A stretch of 64,000 nt of DNA, taken from positions 64,275 through 128,274 of the forward strand of contig CAZPUS010000003.1 of NCBI GenBank assembly GCA_964589825.1, read 5' to 3'. This DNA comes from an uncultured Fibrobacterota bacterium. GTDB lineage: Bacteria > Fibrobacterota > Chitinivibrionia > Chitinivibrionales > WJKA01. Shown here one piece after another: positions 27,724-37,069 of this stretch (position 1 is its first letter; each line of letters begins with the position of its first letter). A program made the translations under genes and the position numbers. Under the pieces are notes generated by a model, which was not told the DNA's origin, ran no database searches, and saw only the letters and a program-made list of their open reading frames with translations.

Positions 27724-30537
27724 CTAAAAACGTGCGGAAAGCAGCTGCTCCATTTGTAAAAATTCCCAGGTATTCTTTTGGAGCACTTTCTGTTGATATG
27801 CACGATAATAGCGGCGGGCATCTTCTTTCAGCGTATCGAGACAGGCCTTATTGCCCATATGATAATAATAGCCGGATTCGTGTTCAAACCACAACGCCCT
27901 GTACATACGGGAAAATTCGTGGTTGTCAACAGAATCGATATAATAACGCGCAATGAGCCGGGGGCCGGGGAACGGGTGTGATGCACGGGCAACCTCGCGA
28001 TATATTCTTTGTGCAACCTGAGCTGAATTGATATGTTCGTCCCGCAGCGAAAGCTCCCCCATCTTCAGCCGCGCACGCCATGCGAGCACTGCACTGTATC
28101 CACACTCGTTAAAAACCTTTTTATAGATAGTATGGGCGGACCGATTATCGGCCGAATAGTCGTATATTTTTGCAAGTCTCATCCACGCCAGCCATTTAGA
28201 CAGAGTATTTTCTTCCGAAACGACGCAATTGTTCAGGATGTTTTTTGCCGTATCCACATTACGCAGCTGCAGGTGCGCATATGCAAGCTCGCTTTTTATC
28301 CCGATCGCCTCGCGCTCTTTTGCCTGAAAATAATGCAAATACGAGCCTGCCCACTTGATAACTTCCTTATAACGCCCCGCATGATTGAACGCCTCAAGTA
28401 CGCGGGGAACCAGATCGCTTATCACCGGATCGAATCTGAATGTCACATTACTGTATTTCAGCACATCGATTAAAAGACGCGCTGCGCTGTCGGGATATTC
28501 AGCATAGAGGTACGAATGAATCCTGGCAGCAAAATCATCATACGCCCCGTCGACCGCGTCGCTGCCGGAATACTTCCGGACAAGCCGGGAAAAAACCGTT
28601 TTTTCTTTTTCATACATGCCCTGCTTTGCATATACGATCTGTTTCATACGAAGCGCGTTCGCAAAATCATCCTTGCCGCTTTTGGGATTACGTGTCACTT
28701 TGTCAAGAACCTGCAATGCGGCATCGTATCGTTGAAGTCGCATATAGCATTCGGCCATTTTAATGAATATTTCCGGTGTTTTCTCATACCCCGGATGGTC
28801 TACGAAAATAGCATTGTATTCTTTGAGAGCCGCATTATATTCTCCCCGTTCCTTAAAGCGGTCAGCCGCGAGCTCGGGTCCCGAAAGTGCCGGGATGGAC
28901 GCACGATACACGCGGAGATTATCAAACATTGCGCCCTCTCCCGCACTAAAAAAGCCTATCCTGCTGTGCTCGCTACCCACCGGTGCATAACAGTCAACGA
29001 TCCGGGCAATTTCTTTTCCATTGAGCCTCATTGTGATTCTCGCACCGCTTTTTCTTATATGCAGGTGATAAAAACTGCTTGTGGGCATCTTCAATCCATT
29101 AACCTGCCCGTACAACAATTCGCTACCCGGGCGGATAATACCACAGCGGGATGAACCATGATGATGTATCACGAAGCGATAGGCGCTGTCAGGTTCATTG
29201 CCATAAAGAAACAATCCCACATCATGAAAATTCTTTTTCGTACTTTTAATATGGCAGGTTATTTGAATATCCCGGGAAAATTGCTGCTGCAGACGAAAAA
29301 AACTTAAAGTCCCCGGTTTGGTTTTCGCGATCAGCTTATTGTCCAGAAATCTCCATTCCGCCCCGCTCTGTGTCTCTTCGCCCTTAAAGCCTCTCCCGGA
29401 AGAATACCATCGGAAAGAAGAATCACCAACAGTGTCACTGGTAAAATCGTTTGAATAAATCAGCCGCCAATACGATTGTTCTTTTTTGCCCCGGGTATAC
29501 ATCATAACTCCCAACGCCAGAACAAACAGTAACACAATTACCGAAGCACTTATTATCACACTATGCCGTTTATATAGATGCGAGGTTTTTTTAATAATGG
29601 ACGGGGGCTTTGCCGTTACCGTCTCCCCCCGCTGATAATGAAGCAGATCGGAACGGAATTCATCCATACTCTGATATCGTTTTTCCTTTTCTCCGTGTAT
29701 GGCGCGCATGATAATCGCTTCTATATCCCTGGGAAGCCACGGAACCAGTTTTCGCGGAGGGATGGGATTTGATTCTATTACATTCACTGCAGTCTGCTGT
29801 ACACTGCGCTGGTCCAGATAGGGATTTTTAAACGTAGCCATCTCATACAACATAATCCCCAGAGAGCAGACATCGCTGCGCTCATCCACCTCCTGGCCAA
29901 GCAGCCGTTCGGGTGCCATATAGGCGGGAGAGCCGATTATTTCTCCCGTTCTTGTAATTGCGCTCTCCTCGTTCTCCATCGCTTTTGCAAGACCGAAATC
30001 GATCAATACCGGCTGAAGCCGATCGATCATAATGACATTGTTCAATTTCAGATCGCGGTGCACAATTTTCATATTGTGTGCATACGCAAGGGCGTCGGTC
30101 AGTTTTATGACGATTTCCACGACTTCAACCAGCTTGGGTTTCTCGAAGTTGAGGTAATAAAAAAGATTCTTACCTCTGAGATAATCCATCGCAAGATAAT
30201 AAATATTATCCTGCATCGATACTTCATGGATACTGACGATATTGGGATGATTGAGCTTGGCGACCGAATGTGCTTCGGATAGGAACCGATCCACAAAGCG
30301 CCTGTGTATCGTTATATTTGCGGGCAAAACCTTTAGCGCGACCTCTCGCTCGAGATCGGTCTGAAAGGCCTTATATACCACCGCCATGCCACCTCTGTCT
30401 ATCTCCTCTATAATGCGATACTTGCCCAGCTGCTTGCCTACCGGCAGAAACGTACGCTCTATTTTTGGTAATATGTTTTTAACCTCGAATTTGTTATCGG
30501 GGCTGGCATCTGGCTGGTTGCCGCTCATAAATTTCAA
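27724..30537 (-). CDS. Transmembrane Ser/Thr protein kinase with extracytoplasmic ConA/LamG-like and TPR domains
   Basis: 937 aa. Hanks kinase motifs VALKVL, HRDLKLNNVI, DFGLAK and GSPAYMAPE. TM VIISASVIVLLFVLALGVMMY. This is followed by a beta-sandwich-like region and many TPR-like repeats. Confidence 0.88.
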   Translation of the reverse strand: MKFMSGNQPDASPDNKFEVKNILPKIERTFLPVGKQLGKYRIIEEIDRGGMAVVYKAFQTDLEREVALKVLPANITIHRRFVDRFLSEAHSVAKLNHPNIVSIHEVSMQDNIYYLAMDYLRGKNLFYYLNFEKPKLVEVVEIVIKLTDALAYAHNMKIVHRDLKLNNVIMIDRLQPVLIDFGLAKAMENEESAITRTGEIIGSPAYMAPERLLGQEVDERSDVCSLGIMLYEMATFKNPYLDQRSVQQTAVNVIESNPIPPRKLVPWLPRDIEAIIMRAIHGEKEKRYQSMDEFRSDLLHYQRGETVTAKPPSIIKKTSHLYKRHSVIISASVIVLLFVLALGVMMYTRGKKEQSYWRLIYSNDFTSDTVGDSSFRWYSSGRGFKGEETQSGAEWRFLDNKLIAKTKPGTLSFFRLQQQFSRDIQITCHIKSTKKNFHDVGLFLYGNEPDSAYRFVIHHHGSSRCGIIRPGSELLYGQVNGLKMPTSSFYHLHIRKSGARITMRLNGKEIARIVDCYAPVGSEHSRIGFFSAGEGAMFDNLRVYRASIPALSGPELAADRFKERGEYNAALKEYNAIFVDHPGYEKTPEIFIKMAECYMRLQRYDAALQVLDKVTRNPKSGKDDFANALRMKQIVYAKQGMYEKEKTVFSRLVRKYSGSDAVDGAYDDFAARIHSYLYAEYPDSAARLLIDVLKYSNVTFRFDPVISDLVPRVLEAFNHAGRYKEVIKWAGSYLHYFQAKEREAIGIKSELAYAHLQLRNVDTAKNILNNCVVSEENTLSKWLAWMRLAKIYDYSADNRSAHTIYKKVFNECGYSAVLAWRARLKMGELSLRDEHINSAQVAQRIYREVARASHPFPGPRLIARYYIDSVDNHEFSRMYRALWFEHESGYYYHMGNKACLDTLKEDARRYYRAYQQKVLQKNTWEFLQMEQLLSARF

Positions 30538-30636
30538 ATCGCTTTTTGAATGAACGCATGAATCATTCTCTCGTGTATCAGGCTACATTGTAATGATATC
30601 ATAGTGTACCCGATTGTGCAACCCGCTGCCATAAAT

Positions 30637-30667
30637 AAAAAAGGAAGCCGAAACGGCTTCCTTTTTT
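30637..30667 (-). terminator. Rho-independent terminator after the flagellin gene (bidirectional in appearance)
   Basis: ggaagccg-aaa-cggcttcc (30643-30661) is flanked by an A-run on one side and a T-run on the other. Confidence 0.75.
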
Positions 30668-30706
30668 GTACTGACTGCAGATACGGTATATCTCTTATCC
30701 GGAGAA

Positions 30707-31555
30707 TTAACCCTGTAACAGACCAAGTACGCTCTGCGGCACCATATTCGCCTGTGACAGCATGGAGGTACCCGACTGCTGCAGGATCTGGTGCTTGGTG
30801 AATCGTGAGCTTTCATTCGCAAAATCAACGTCACGAATGTGAGATTCTGCTGCAGCCTGATTGGTGTTTGACACGTGCAGGTTGTTCACGGTATGCTCGA
30901 GACGGTTTACGAATGCACCAGTGTCGGCACGCATCGAGTTGACACTGTCAATCGCAGAATCGAGAGTCGAAATCGCACTCACTGCATCCGACTGCGTGCT
31001 GATTGTCGCCGCGTCGATTCCAAGTGCACTGGAGCCCAGAGTATCGATGGAAATCGTGATACTGTCGATACCGACCTGGTTATTCGCGTCAACCCAGAGA
31101 ATAGAGCCACTGTCGACCGCACCGAAGCGCCCGCCATTACTCGAAATCAGTTCCATACCGTTGTAGTTGGTTACACGGGAGATACGGGATATTTCACGGT
31201 CCAGAGACTGAAATTCCTGGTCAACATACGCACGCTCCGTAGAGGTAAGCGTATCATTGGAAGACTGGATAGCCAGCTCTCTCATACGCTGCAGTACTGC
31301 GGAAATTTCATTCGCCGCACCCTCGGCGATCTGCAGAGCCGCGATTCCGTCCTGTGCATTACGTTTAGCCTGATTGGTACCATTTACCTGTGTACGCAGG
31401 TTCTCGGACACACCGAGTCCCGCCGCGTCGTCACTTGCACGATTGATACGAAGACCTGTGGAGAGACGTTCGAGCGAAGTTTTCATCGAACGATTTGTTC
31501 TGTACAGCGCCGTCTGGGTAACCATTGAGGAAATATTGTGATTAATGCGCATCAT
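30707..31555 (-). CDS. Flagellin (short, FlaB/FliC family)
   Basis: 282 aa. N-terminus MMRINHNISSM...LERLSTGLRINRASDDAAGL. C-terminus ILQQSGTSMLSQANMVPQSVLGLLQG. Confidence 0.93.
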   Translation of the reverse strand: MMRINHNISSMVTQTALYRTNRSMKTSLERLSTGLRINRASDDAAGLGVSENLRTQVNGTNQAKRNAQDGIAALQIAEGAANEISAVLQRMRELAIQSSNDTLTSTERAYVDQEFQSLDREISRISRVTNYNGMELISSNGGRFGAVDSGSILWVDANNQVGIDSITISIDTLGSSALGIDAATISTQSDAVSAISTLDSAIDSVNSMRADTGAFVNRLEHTVNNLHVSNTNQAAAESHIRDVDFANESSRFTKHQILQQSGTSMLSQANMVPQSVLGLLQG

Positions 31556-31558
31556 CTA

Positions 31559-31610
31559 CCTCCTTGTAAATGTGAAAAATGAATTCCTCTCTGCACGCAT
31601 CCATGCGTGC
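31559..31610 (-). promoter_or_regulatory. Flagellin 5' leader: GGA-loop hairpin plus an SD overlapping AAGGAGG (CsrA-type site arrangement)
   Basis: On the minus strand, gcacgcAUGGAUgcgugc (31593-31610) presents GGA in a loop. The SD caAGGAGGuagAUG lies at 31559-31566. Confidence 0.35.
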
Positions 31611-31734
31611 ATTCCCCCCTTACCTTTTCCCGGTCCCGCCGTTACCTTTTCGCTCGTTTTGTCTGACTCCTCCTTCCGTCCTGTAAAGAGTTTGAATTGA
31701 TTCGTTTTTTTTCTTCTCTCGACTTCATTCATAT

Positions 31735-31762
31735 TTATCGGCCTGGTATATCGGCGACTTTA
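31735..31762 (-). promoter_or_regulatory. Sigma-28 (FliA)-type promoter for the flagellin gene
   Basis: The minus strand reads TAAAGTCGCCGATATACCAGGCCGATAA, i.e. TAAA-N16-GCCGATAA against the consensus TAAA-N15-GCCGATAA. It lies ~180 nt upstream of the ATG. Confidence 0.6.
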
Positions 31763-31763
31763 A

Positions 31764-31815
31764 CCTGAACTGAGCAATTGTGTTGATGCAAGATCACGAT
31801 ACAGTAAATTCCCTG
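31764..31815 (+). repeat. Imperfect-palindrome element, left-arm fragment only
   Basis: cctgaactgagcaattgtgttgatgcaag...cagtaaattccct matches the left terminus and first blocks of the 56130 copy (ccctaactgagcaactgctttgatgaaag...cagtgcatccct). The right arm is absent, and the cysC terminator follows. Confidence 0.35.
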
Positions 31816-31819
31816 CCAC

Positions 31820-31849
31820 AAAAAAAAGCCGGCGCAATAATGCGCCGGC
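31820..31849 (-). terminator. Rho-independent terminator of sat-cysC
   Basis: Perfect 9-bp stem gccggcgca / tgcgccggc with loop ataa. The A8 run on + gives U8 after the hairpin on the minus strand. Confidence 0.8.
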
Positions 31850-31905
31850 CGCATACTCATCATTTACACCTCTACACCCGGAATTACGTATTAAAGATTT
31901 GCCTT

Positions 31906-32517
31906 TTACTTTTTCGCAATCACGCCCTTCTCCTCCAGGTGATGCAGTACCTGCTGCGCGCATTCCTGCACAGGTGCGGCAGCGGTATCGATCACCAGCT
32001 CGGGCGAATTCGGCTCTTCGTAGGGGGCGGAAACACCGGTAAACTCCTTGATTTCTCCTGCAAGCGCTTTTTTGTAAAGCCCTTTGGGGTCGCGCTCCTT
32101 GCAGGTCTCGACATCCGCTTTTACATAAATTTCCATGAAGTCACCCGGATCGAGCAACGCACGTGCGGCATCACGATCTTTACGATACGGCGAAATAAAG
32201 GAGGTGAGTACCACCATGCCGGCATCGGCGAAAAGCCCGGCCACTTCACCGATACGCCGTATATTTTCGGTGCGGTCTTCGGGGGAGAAGCCAAGATTTT
32301 TGTTCAGCCCGTGTCTGATATTATCTCCATCAAGACTGTAGACTTTAACCCCTCTGTCAAACAGCAGATGTTCGACTTCTACGGCTATTGTCGATTTACC
32401 GCTGCCCGAAAGGCCGGTAAACCACAGCACCACACCCTTATGATTGTTTTGTTTTTCCCGTTCCTGCTTGCTTACCCGACTCTGATGCCACGTAATATTG
32501 GTCGCTTTCTGCTCCAT
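31906..32517 (-). CDS. cysC: Adenylylsulfate (APS) kinase
   Basis: 203 aa. FTGLSGSGKSTIA and LDGDNIRHGLN. Confidence 0.92.
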   Translation of the reverse strand: MEQKATNITWHQSRVSKQEREKQNNHKGVVLWFTGLSGSGKSTIAVEVEHLLFDRGVKVYSLDGDNIRHGLNKNLGFSPEDRTENIRRIGEVAGLFADAGMVVLTSFISPYRKDRDAARALLDPGDFMEIYVKADVETCKERDPKGLYKKALAGEIKEFTGVSAPYEEPNSPELVIDTAAAPVQECAQQVLHHLEEKGVIAKK

Positions 32518-33663
32518 TTACTTCTCCTCGTTTTGAATCCAGGTTTTAAGTACGTCGGATACTTCCTTACGTGTAAACTCGTCCGGCAGATCTTCATTGT
32601 TACGCAGTTTTTCACGAACCTTTGTACCACTGAGAAACACATGGCAGCTTTTGTCGTGGGGACACGTCTTTGCAGTAACCATCTGTTCACATCTGGTACA
32701 GAAGAATGCATGTTCGAACTTGAGCGGGGTAATCTCGAGCGCACCGTCTTCGAGCTCGTTGAAAATCAGCTGGGCATCGTAGGTACCGTAGTAATTGCCC
32801 ACACCTGCATGGTCACGTCCGATAATCAAATGCGAAATCCCGTAATTCTGACGAATGATGGCATGATGTATCGCTTCACGGGGACCGGCATAGCGCATTG
32901 CCATAGGAAGGATGTTCAGCAATACCCGTTCGGCATTGTAGTAATGCTCGATGATGGTTTTATAACAATCCATACGGGTCTTTGCCGGTATATCACCCGG
33001 TTTGATCTCCCCTACGATGGGATGAATCATAAGCCCGTCAACCATCTCGAGTGCGACCTTTGTCAGGTATTCGTGCGCACGATGGATCGGATTACGCGTC
33101 TGAAACGCGGCAATGGTATCCCAGCCTTTTTCGTTAAAATAGTCGCGTGTCTGCTTTGGGGTCAGAAAATTCTCGGGGAAGCCGGTATCTATATTTTCCA
33201 GTACGATCGATACATCACCGGCTACCGCGTATTTACCCTCTTCGAAAATCTTTTTCACACCGGCGTGTTCCTGGTCCGAGGTGCGATACACATGCATGGC
33301 TTCTTTTTCCAGATCGCGCTGGAAATGCTCCGTTACGGTGCAGATGCCAACCGTGGTGCCGTCACGTCCGGTAAGACGGATTGTATGTCCCGACTCGATC
33401 TCCTCATACTGCTGCGGGGTCACCGAAAGCACGATCGGTACGGCAAAAAGCGTCCCGTTGTCGAGTTTCATCTCGTTTACCACGCGTTCATAATCGGCCT
33501 GTCCCATAAACCCTTTCAGGGGTGAAAACCCGCCGATACCGATCATGAGTGCATCGAACAACTGACGATCCGAAAGCATCAGGGTATGCTGTACCTGCTG
33601 CGCTTCCGCCTCCGGCGCCTTTATCAGACGCTCCACTACGGTGCCGCCATGGGGTTTGACCAT
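32518..33663 (-). CDS. sat: Sulfate adenylyltransferase (homo-oligomeric ATP sulfurylase)
   Basis: 381 aa. FQTRNPIHRAHEYL and IGRDHAGVGNYYG. Abuts cysC with no gap. Confidence 0.92.
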   Translation of the reverse strand: MVKPHGGTVVERLIKAPEAEAQQVQHTLMLSDRQLFDALMIGIGGFSPLKGFMGQADYERVVNEMKLDNGTLFAVPIVLSVTPQQYEEIESGHTIRLTGRDGTTVGICTVTEHFQRDLEKEAMHVYRTSDQEHAGVKKIFEEGKYAVAGDVSIVLENIDTGFPENFLTPKQTRDYFNEKGWDTIAAFQTRNPIHRAHEYLTKVALEMVDGLMIHPIVGEIKPGDIPAKTRMDCYKTIIEHYYNAERVLLNILPMAMRYAGPREAIHHAIIRQNYGISHLIIGRDHAGVGNYYGTYDAQLIFNELEDGALEITPLKFEHAFFCTRCEQMVTAKTCPHDKSCHVFLSGTKVREKLRNNEDLPDEFTRKEVSDVLKTWIQNEEK

Positions 33664-33859
33664 TACGCCACTCCTTTTTTTAAACTTTTGGAAAAACTAT
33701 AATATGCGAAACGTGCAAAAACTCATAAAATAATTTATAGACACACACGTGCGGGACTAAAGATGATATGGGGAAGACCCTGCAAGGCCAACAACACAAA
33801 TGAGGTGTTTGCCAACTGTACCCTTAGCGCCTGCCGGCAGGCTCTGATGTGTGCTGAGC

Positions 33860-34849
33860 TCAGCATTTTTCAATAATACGGCGTATCAATTCCCGGGAGT
33901 CCACCCGTTCGGTCTCTGCATTAAAAGAGCGTACCAGTCGATGCATGAGAACCGGATACGCGGCACGCTGCACGTCCGCCACATCGGCACTCATGCGTCC
34001 CTGCAAAGATGCATAGGCGCGCGCCGCGCACAAAAGATACTGGGAAGCTCTGGGCCCCGCCCCCCACATCAGATAGCTTTGTACCTCCTGCGGACAGATC
34101 TCTTCGGATGGACGTGTCATCCGAACGAGACGAACCGCGTATTCGACCACGGAATCGGCCAGGGGTATACGCCGGATAAGCTGCTGGTACGTAAGGAGTG
34201 TCCGGGCATCCAGCTGTGCACTGACCTGTTCACTGTTATATTCACCGAACGTACGCGCAATCCTTACTTCTTCTTCCCAGGAAGGATAATCGAGTTCAAT
34301 GGAAAATTCGAATCGGTCCTGCTGCGCTTCGGGAAGCGGATATGTCCCTTCCTGCTCGATCGGATTCTGCGTTGCCAGTATCCAGAACGGGCGTGGCAGC
34401 GGATAGGTAGTGCCGGATGCGGTCACCTCGTACTCCTGCATTGCCTGCAGCAGCGCCGACTGTGTTTTCGGAGGAGCCCTGTTTATCTCATCAGCCAACA
34501 CAATATTCGAAAAAACCGGTCCTTTGATAAACTGAAAGGCGCGCGTACCGCTGTGCTTGTCTTCGTAAAGCACATCCGCACCCGTAATATCTGCCGGCAT
34601 TAAATCGGGCGTAAACTGTATCCGGTTGAAATCGAGATCGAGCGTCCCCGCCAGTGTTCGTACCATCATGGTTTTTGCCAGTCCGGGGACCCCGACAAGA
34701 AGCGCATGGCCACCCGAAAAAAAGCATGCCAGCAGATCATCGAGTACACGGTGCTGTCCCACGATGACTGTAGACAATTCGCGTTTTACCCGGCCAACAC
34801 CTTCCTGCATCTGCTCCAGAAGGGCGACATCATCGGAGGGTCCGTCCAT
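33860..34849 (-). CDS. MoxR-family AAA+ ATPase
   Basis: 329 aa. Walker A GVPGLAKT and Walker B/sensor LADEINRAPPKTQSALLQAMQE. Confidence 0.9.
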   Translation of the reverse strand: MDGPSDDVALLEQMQEGVGRVKRELSTVIVGQHRVLDDLLACFFSGGHALLVGVPGLAKTMMVRTLAGTLDLDFNRIQFTPDLMPADITGADVLYEDKHSGTRAFQFIKGPVFSNIVLADEINRAPPKTQSALLQAMQEYEVTASGTTYPLPRPFWILATQNPIEQEGTYPLPEAQQDRFEFSIELDYPSWEEEVRIARTFGEYNSEQVSAQLDARTLLTYQQLIRRIPLADSVVEYAVRLVRMTRPSEEICPQEVQSYLMWGAGPRASQYLLCAARAYASLQGRMSADVADVQRAAYPVLMHRLVRSFNAETERVDSRELIRRIIEKC

Positions 34850-34986
34850 ACATCCGCCTTGGTTAGTCGTGAATCAGAACAACAGAGACCACCTGCTCAG
34901 CTGAGGTCTCATGCGTCACAAAAATAAAAAAGGGCCACCTCCGCATTCCCGCCCCGAAGACAAACCGCCACACCTGTGCTGATGCA

Positions 34987-35664
34987 TCACTCTTCCGGGG
35001 GCGAGAGAATCCGTTCGCTGTGAAAAATATGCAACGCCCACCTGCAGAAAAGCAGCCCTATCAGTATACACGCTATCTCTATGATCCACAGCGGTATATG
35101 CACCAGGGTAAACAGCATAACAAGTAACGATACAATCCCGAGATTGATAAAATGCATGAGCCGTGGATTGGAAAGAAACGTAGAGAGTGCCGCATCAGCG
35201 CTTGCGGAGAGAAATGCCGCGCTTAAAAAGAGCGTACTCCCGCGGATAACATAGGCCGTTGAATGAGTGTGGCGCATCCCGAGTGCATGCAGCCCGACAT
35301 AGGTAATTAATGAAGAAAAAATACCTGCTGCAGCTACCATAGTGAAAACAAATAGAATCTTTCCTCCAAGAATCTGCCCTCTCGACACTCCGGAAAGAAA
35401 CAGCATCTCGAGCCTTCCACCGATACGTTCGAAAATAAAAACCCTGTTCGCAAAATTCCCGGTAAGCACCACCGAAAAGAGAGTCCACCATATATAGCGA
35501 AGGAAGAACTCATTCGAAAAAAAATTCGTAATACAAACCCCGGAGTAAAGAACCACAACCAGCCCAAAGGCGAAATGAACCGTCACATTGCTGCGGCGAA
35601 ACGCACGCCATTCTTTCGATAGTACTATACCTGTTGCCCTGATTGTTCGATTCCTGTGTTCCAT
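34987..35664 (-). CDS. ABC-2 type transporter permease
   Basis: 225 aa with about 6 hydrophobic spans. The start overlaps the stop of the upstream ABC ATPase by 1 nt. Confidence 0.65.
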   Translation of the reverse strand: MEHRNRTIRATGIVLSKEWRAFRRSNVTVHFAFGLVVVLYSGVCITNFFSNEFFLRYIWWTLFSVVLTGNFANRVFIFERIGGRLEMLFLSGVSRGQILGGKILFVFTMVAAAGIFSSLITYVGLHALGMRHTHSTAYVIRGSTLFLSAAFLSASADAALSTFLSNPRLMHFINLGIVSLLVMLFTLVHIPLWIIEIACILIGLLFCRWALHIFHSERILSPPEE

Positions 35665-36563
35665 TATCGTATCCTCGATGCTATTGCCTGATCAACAGGC
35701 TTGACCTGTGTGATTCCGATGCCGTGCTCCACAAGCACCTTTACGCCATGGGGAATTTGCTGCGCGGGATTGTGTACACGAATACGCCATTCATTATTCG
35801 GATGCCGCACCGGGACATCCTCGCTTATCTGCTGCAGAAACCCGGAAATGTCCGTGTCTGTGGATACACGTATCATCCACTGTTGAGTCTTGTCGGGAAA
35901 AAAAACACGCTCTTCGGCATTGTGCAACAGACCGTTTTCAAGTACCACGATACGATCGCATACTTTTTCAATCACCTCGCTTCGATGAGAACTTATCACT
36001 ATTGTTTTTCCCTGCGTGCGTTTGGTAAGAATCAACTCACGTATCCGTTCGTATTCATTTACATCGAGCGATCGAAACGGTTCGTCGAGTATGCACACCT
36101 GCGGATCGCTCACGAATGCCCTGCACAAACTGCATAGTGTCTTCTGGCCGGCCGAAAGATACTGCGCCTTTTTCTCCATTACCCGGGAAGAAACTCCTTT
36201 CCAGAAGCGGGAAAAATATGCCGCATACGCGTCGTCGGATACCGACTTTGCCTGCGCCCAGAATTCGACATTTTCCCTGAACGTCAAATTACGAATAAGC
36301 CCCGGCTCTTCGAGTACCGCACCGACTTGTTCGTATAAATGCGCACGGTGCTGCCAGGGATTTTCTCCGAAGAGCGATACAGTCCCGTCGTCTGCACGCA
36401 ACAGCCCCAGCATAATACGTATCAGTGTCGACTTGCCTGCGCCATTGAGTCCTGACAACCCGGTGACTTCACCCGGGTGAAGCTGAAGAGAAAGCCCCGC
36501 AAGTACCCGGTGGGATCCAAACGACTTTTGTATGTGTTCCATTGTCACAGGAATCGTACTCAT
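35664..36563 (-). CDS. ABC transporter ATP-binding protein
   Basis: 299 aa. Walker A GLNGAGKST, signature LSAGQK and Walker B ILDEPF. Confidence 0.9.
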   Translation of the reverse strand: MSTIPVTMEHIQKSFGSHRVLAGLSLQLHPGEVTGLSGLNGAGKSTLIRIMLGLLRADDGTVSLFGENPWQHRAHLYEQVGAVLEEPGLIRNLTFRENVEFWAQAKSVSDDAYAAYFSRFWKGVSSRVMEKKAQYLSAGQKTLCSLCRAFVSDPQVCILDEPFRSLDVNEYERIRELILTKRTQGKTIVISSHRSEVIEKVCDRIVVLENGLLHNAEERVFFPDKTQQWMIRVSTDTDISGFLQQISEDVPVRHPNNEWRIRVHNPAQQIPHGVKVLVEHGIGITQVKPVDQAIASRIR

Positions 36564-36671
36564 TACTTCCCTTTTTCAGTTTTTTTTCATTTTCCAAAGG
36601 TGAACAATACCATCGGGACTTGCTGCATCCACTCTCCTATGTCGCATATGCACAGAAAATATACTATTCTC

Positions 36672-36832
36672 TCCTGAACTAAACGATCACTTTGATGAAC
36701 GCCGAAGCAAGCCGTGCTTTTTCGAGTTCCTGATCATGATTAATCGACCTCACATATTGGCATATCATTTCCGGGAATACAAACGCAGTAATAATGGCAG
36801 CGCATTTCGCGAATACGTCATTCAGTACAGGA
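36672..36832 (+). repeat. Imperfect-palindrome intergenic element (161 nt) flanked by a 5-bp direct repeat TTCTC
   Basis: Termini tcctgaact... and ...cagtacagga. Blocks ctttgatgaacgcc, gccgtgc and gcagcgcatttcgcgaat. TTCTC at 36667-36671 and at 36833-36837 abuts both ends. Confidence 0.75.
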
Positions 36833-37069
36833 TTCTCCGTATGCGCAAAAAAATCTTATTTTTATACGTGTCAATGTCCTATTTGCTTTGCTCCATCTTT
36901 ATTCAGTGACACAACGTATTTTTTGACATTCAGCAGTTAAACTGCAAACAGTGCCTGATGCTGTTTCCCCTGACCGGATGGACATGTTGTCAACCCTCTG
37001 CTGCGAGAGAGCAGCAATTGCATACCCCGTCACCCGCTTTTTACATCGAATCGCCACACAAGCACACCC

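Noticed and set aside
31780-33525. 581-aa open reading frame on the + strand
   Set aside because: It lies entirely antisense to sat and cysC, whose products carry unmistakable family motifs (QTRNPIHRAHE, GRDHAG, GLSGSGKST). The + strand translation has no motif and is compositionally odd (rich in H/F/L/R). It is a shadow ORF.
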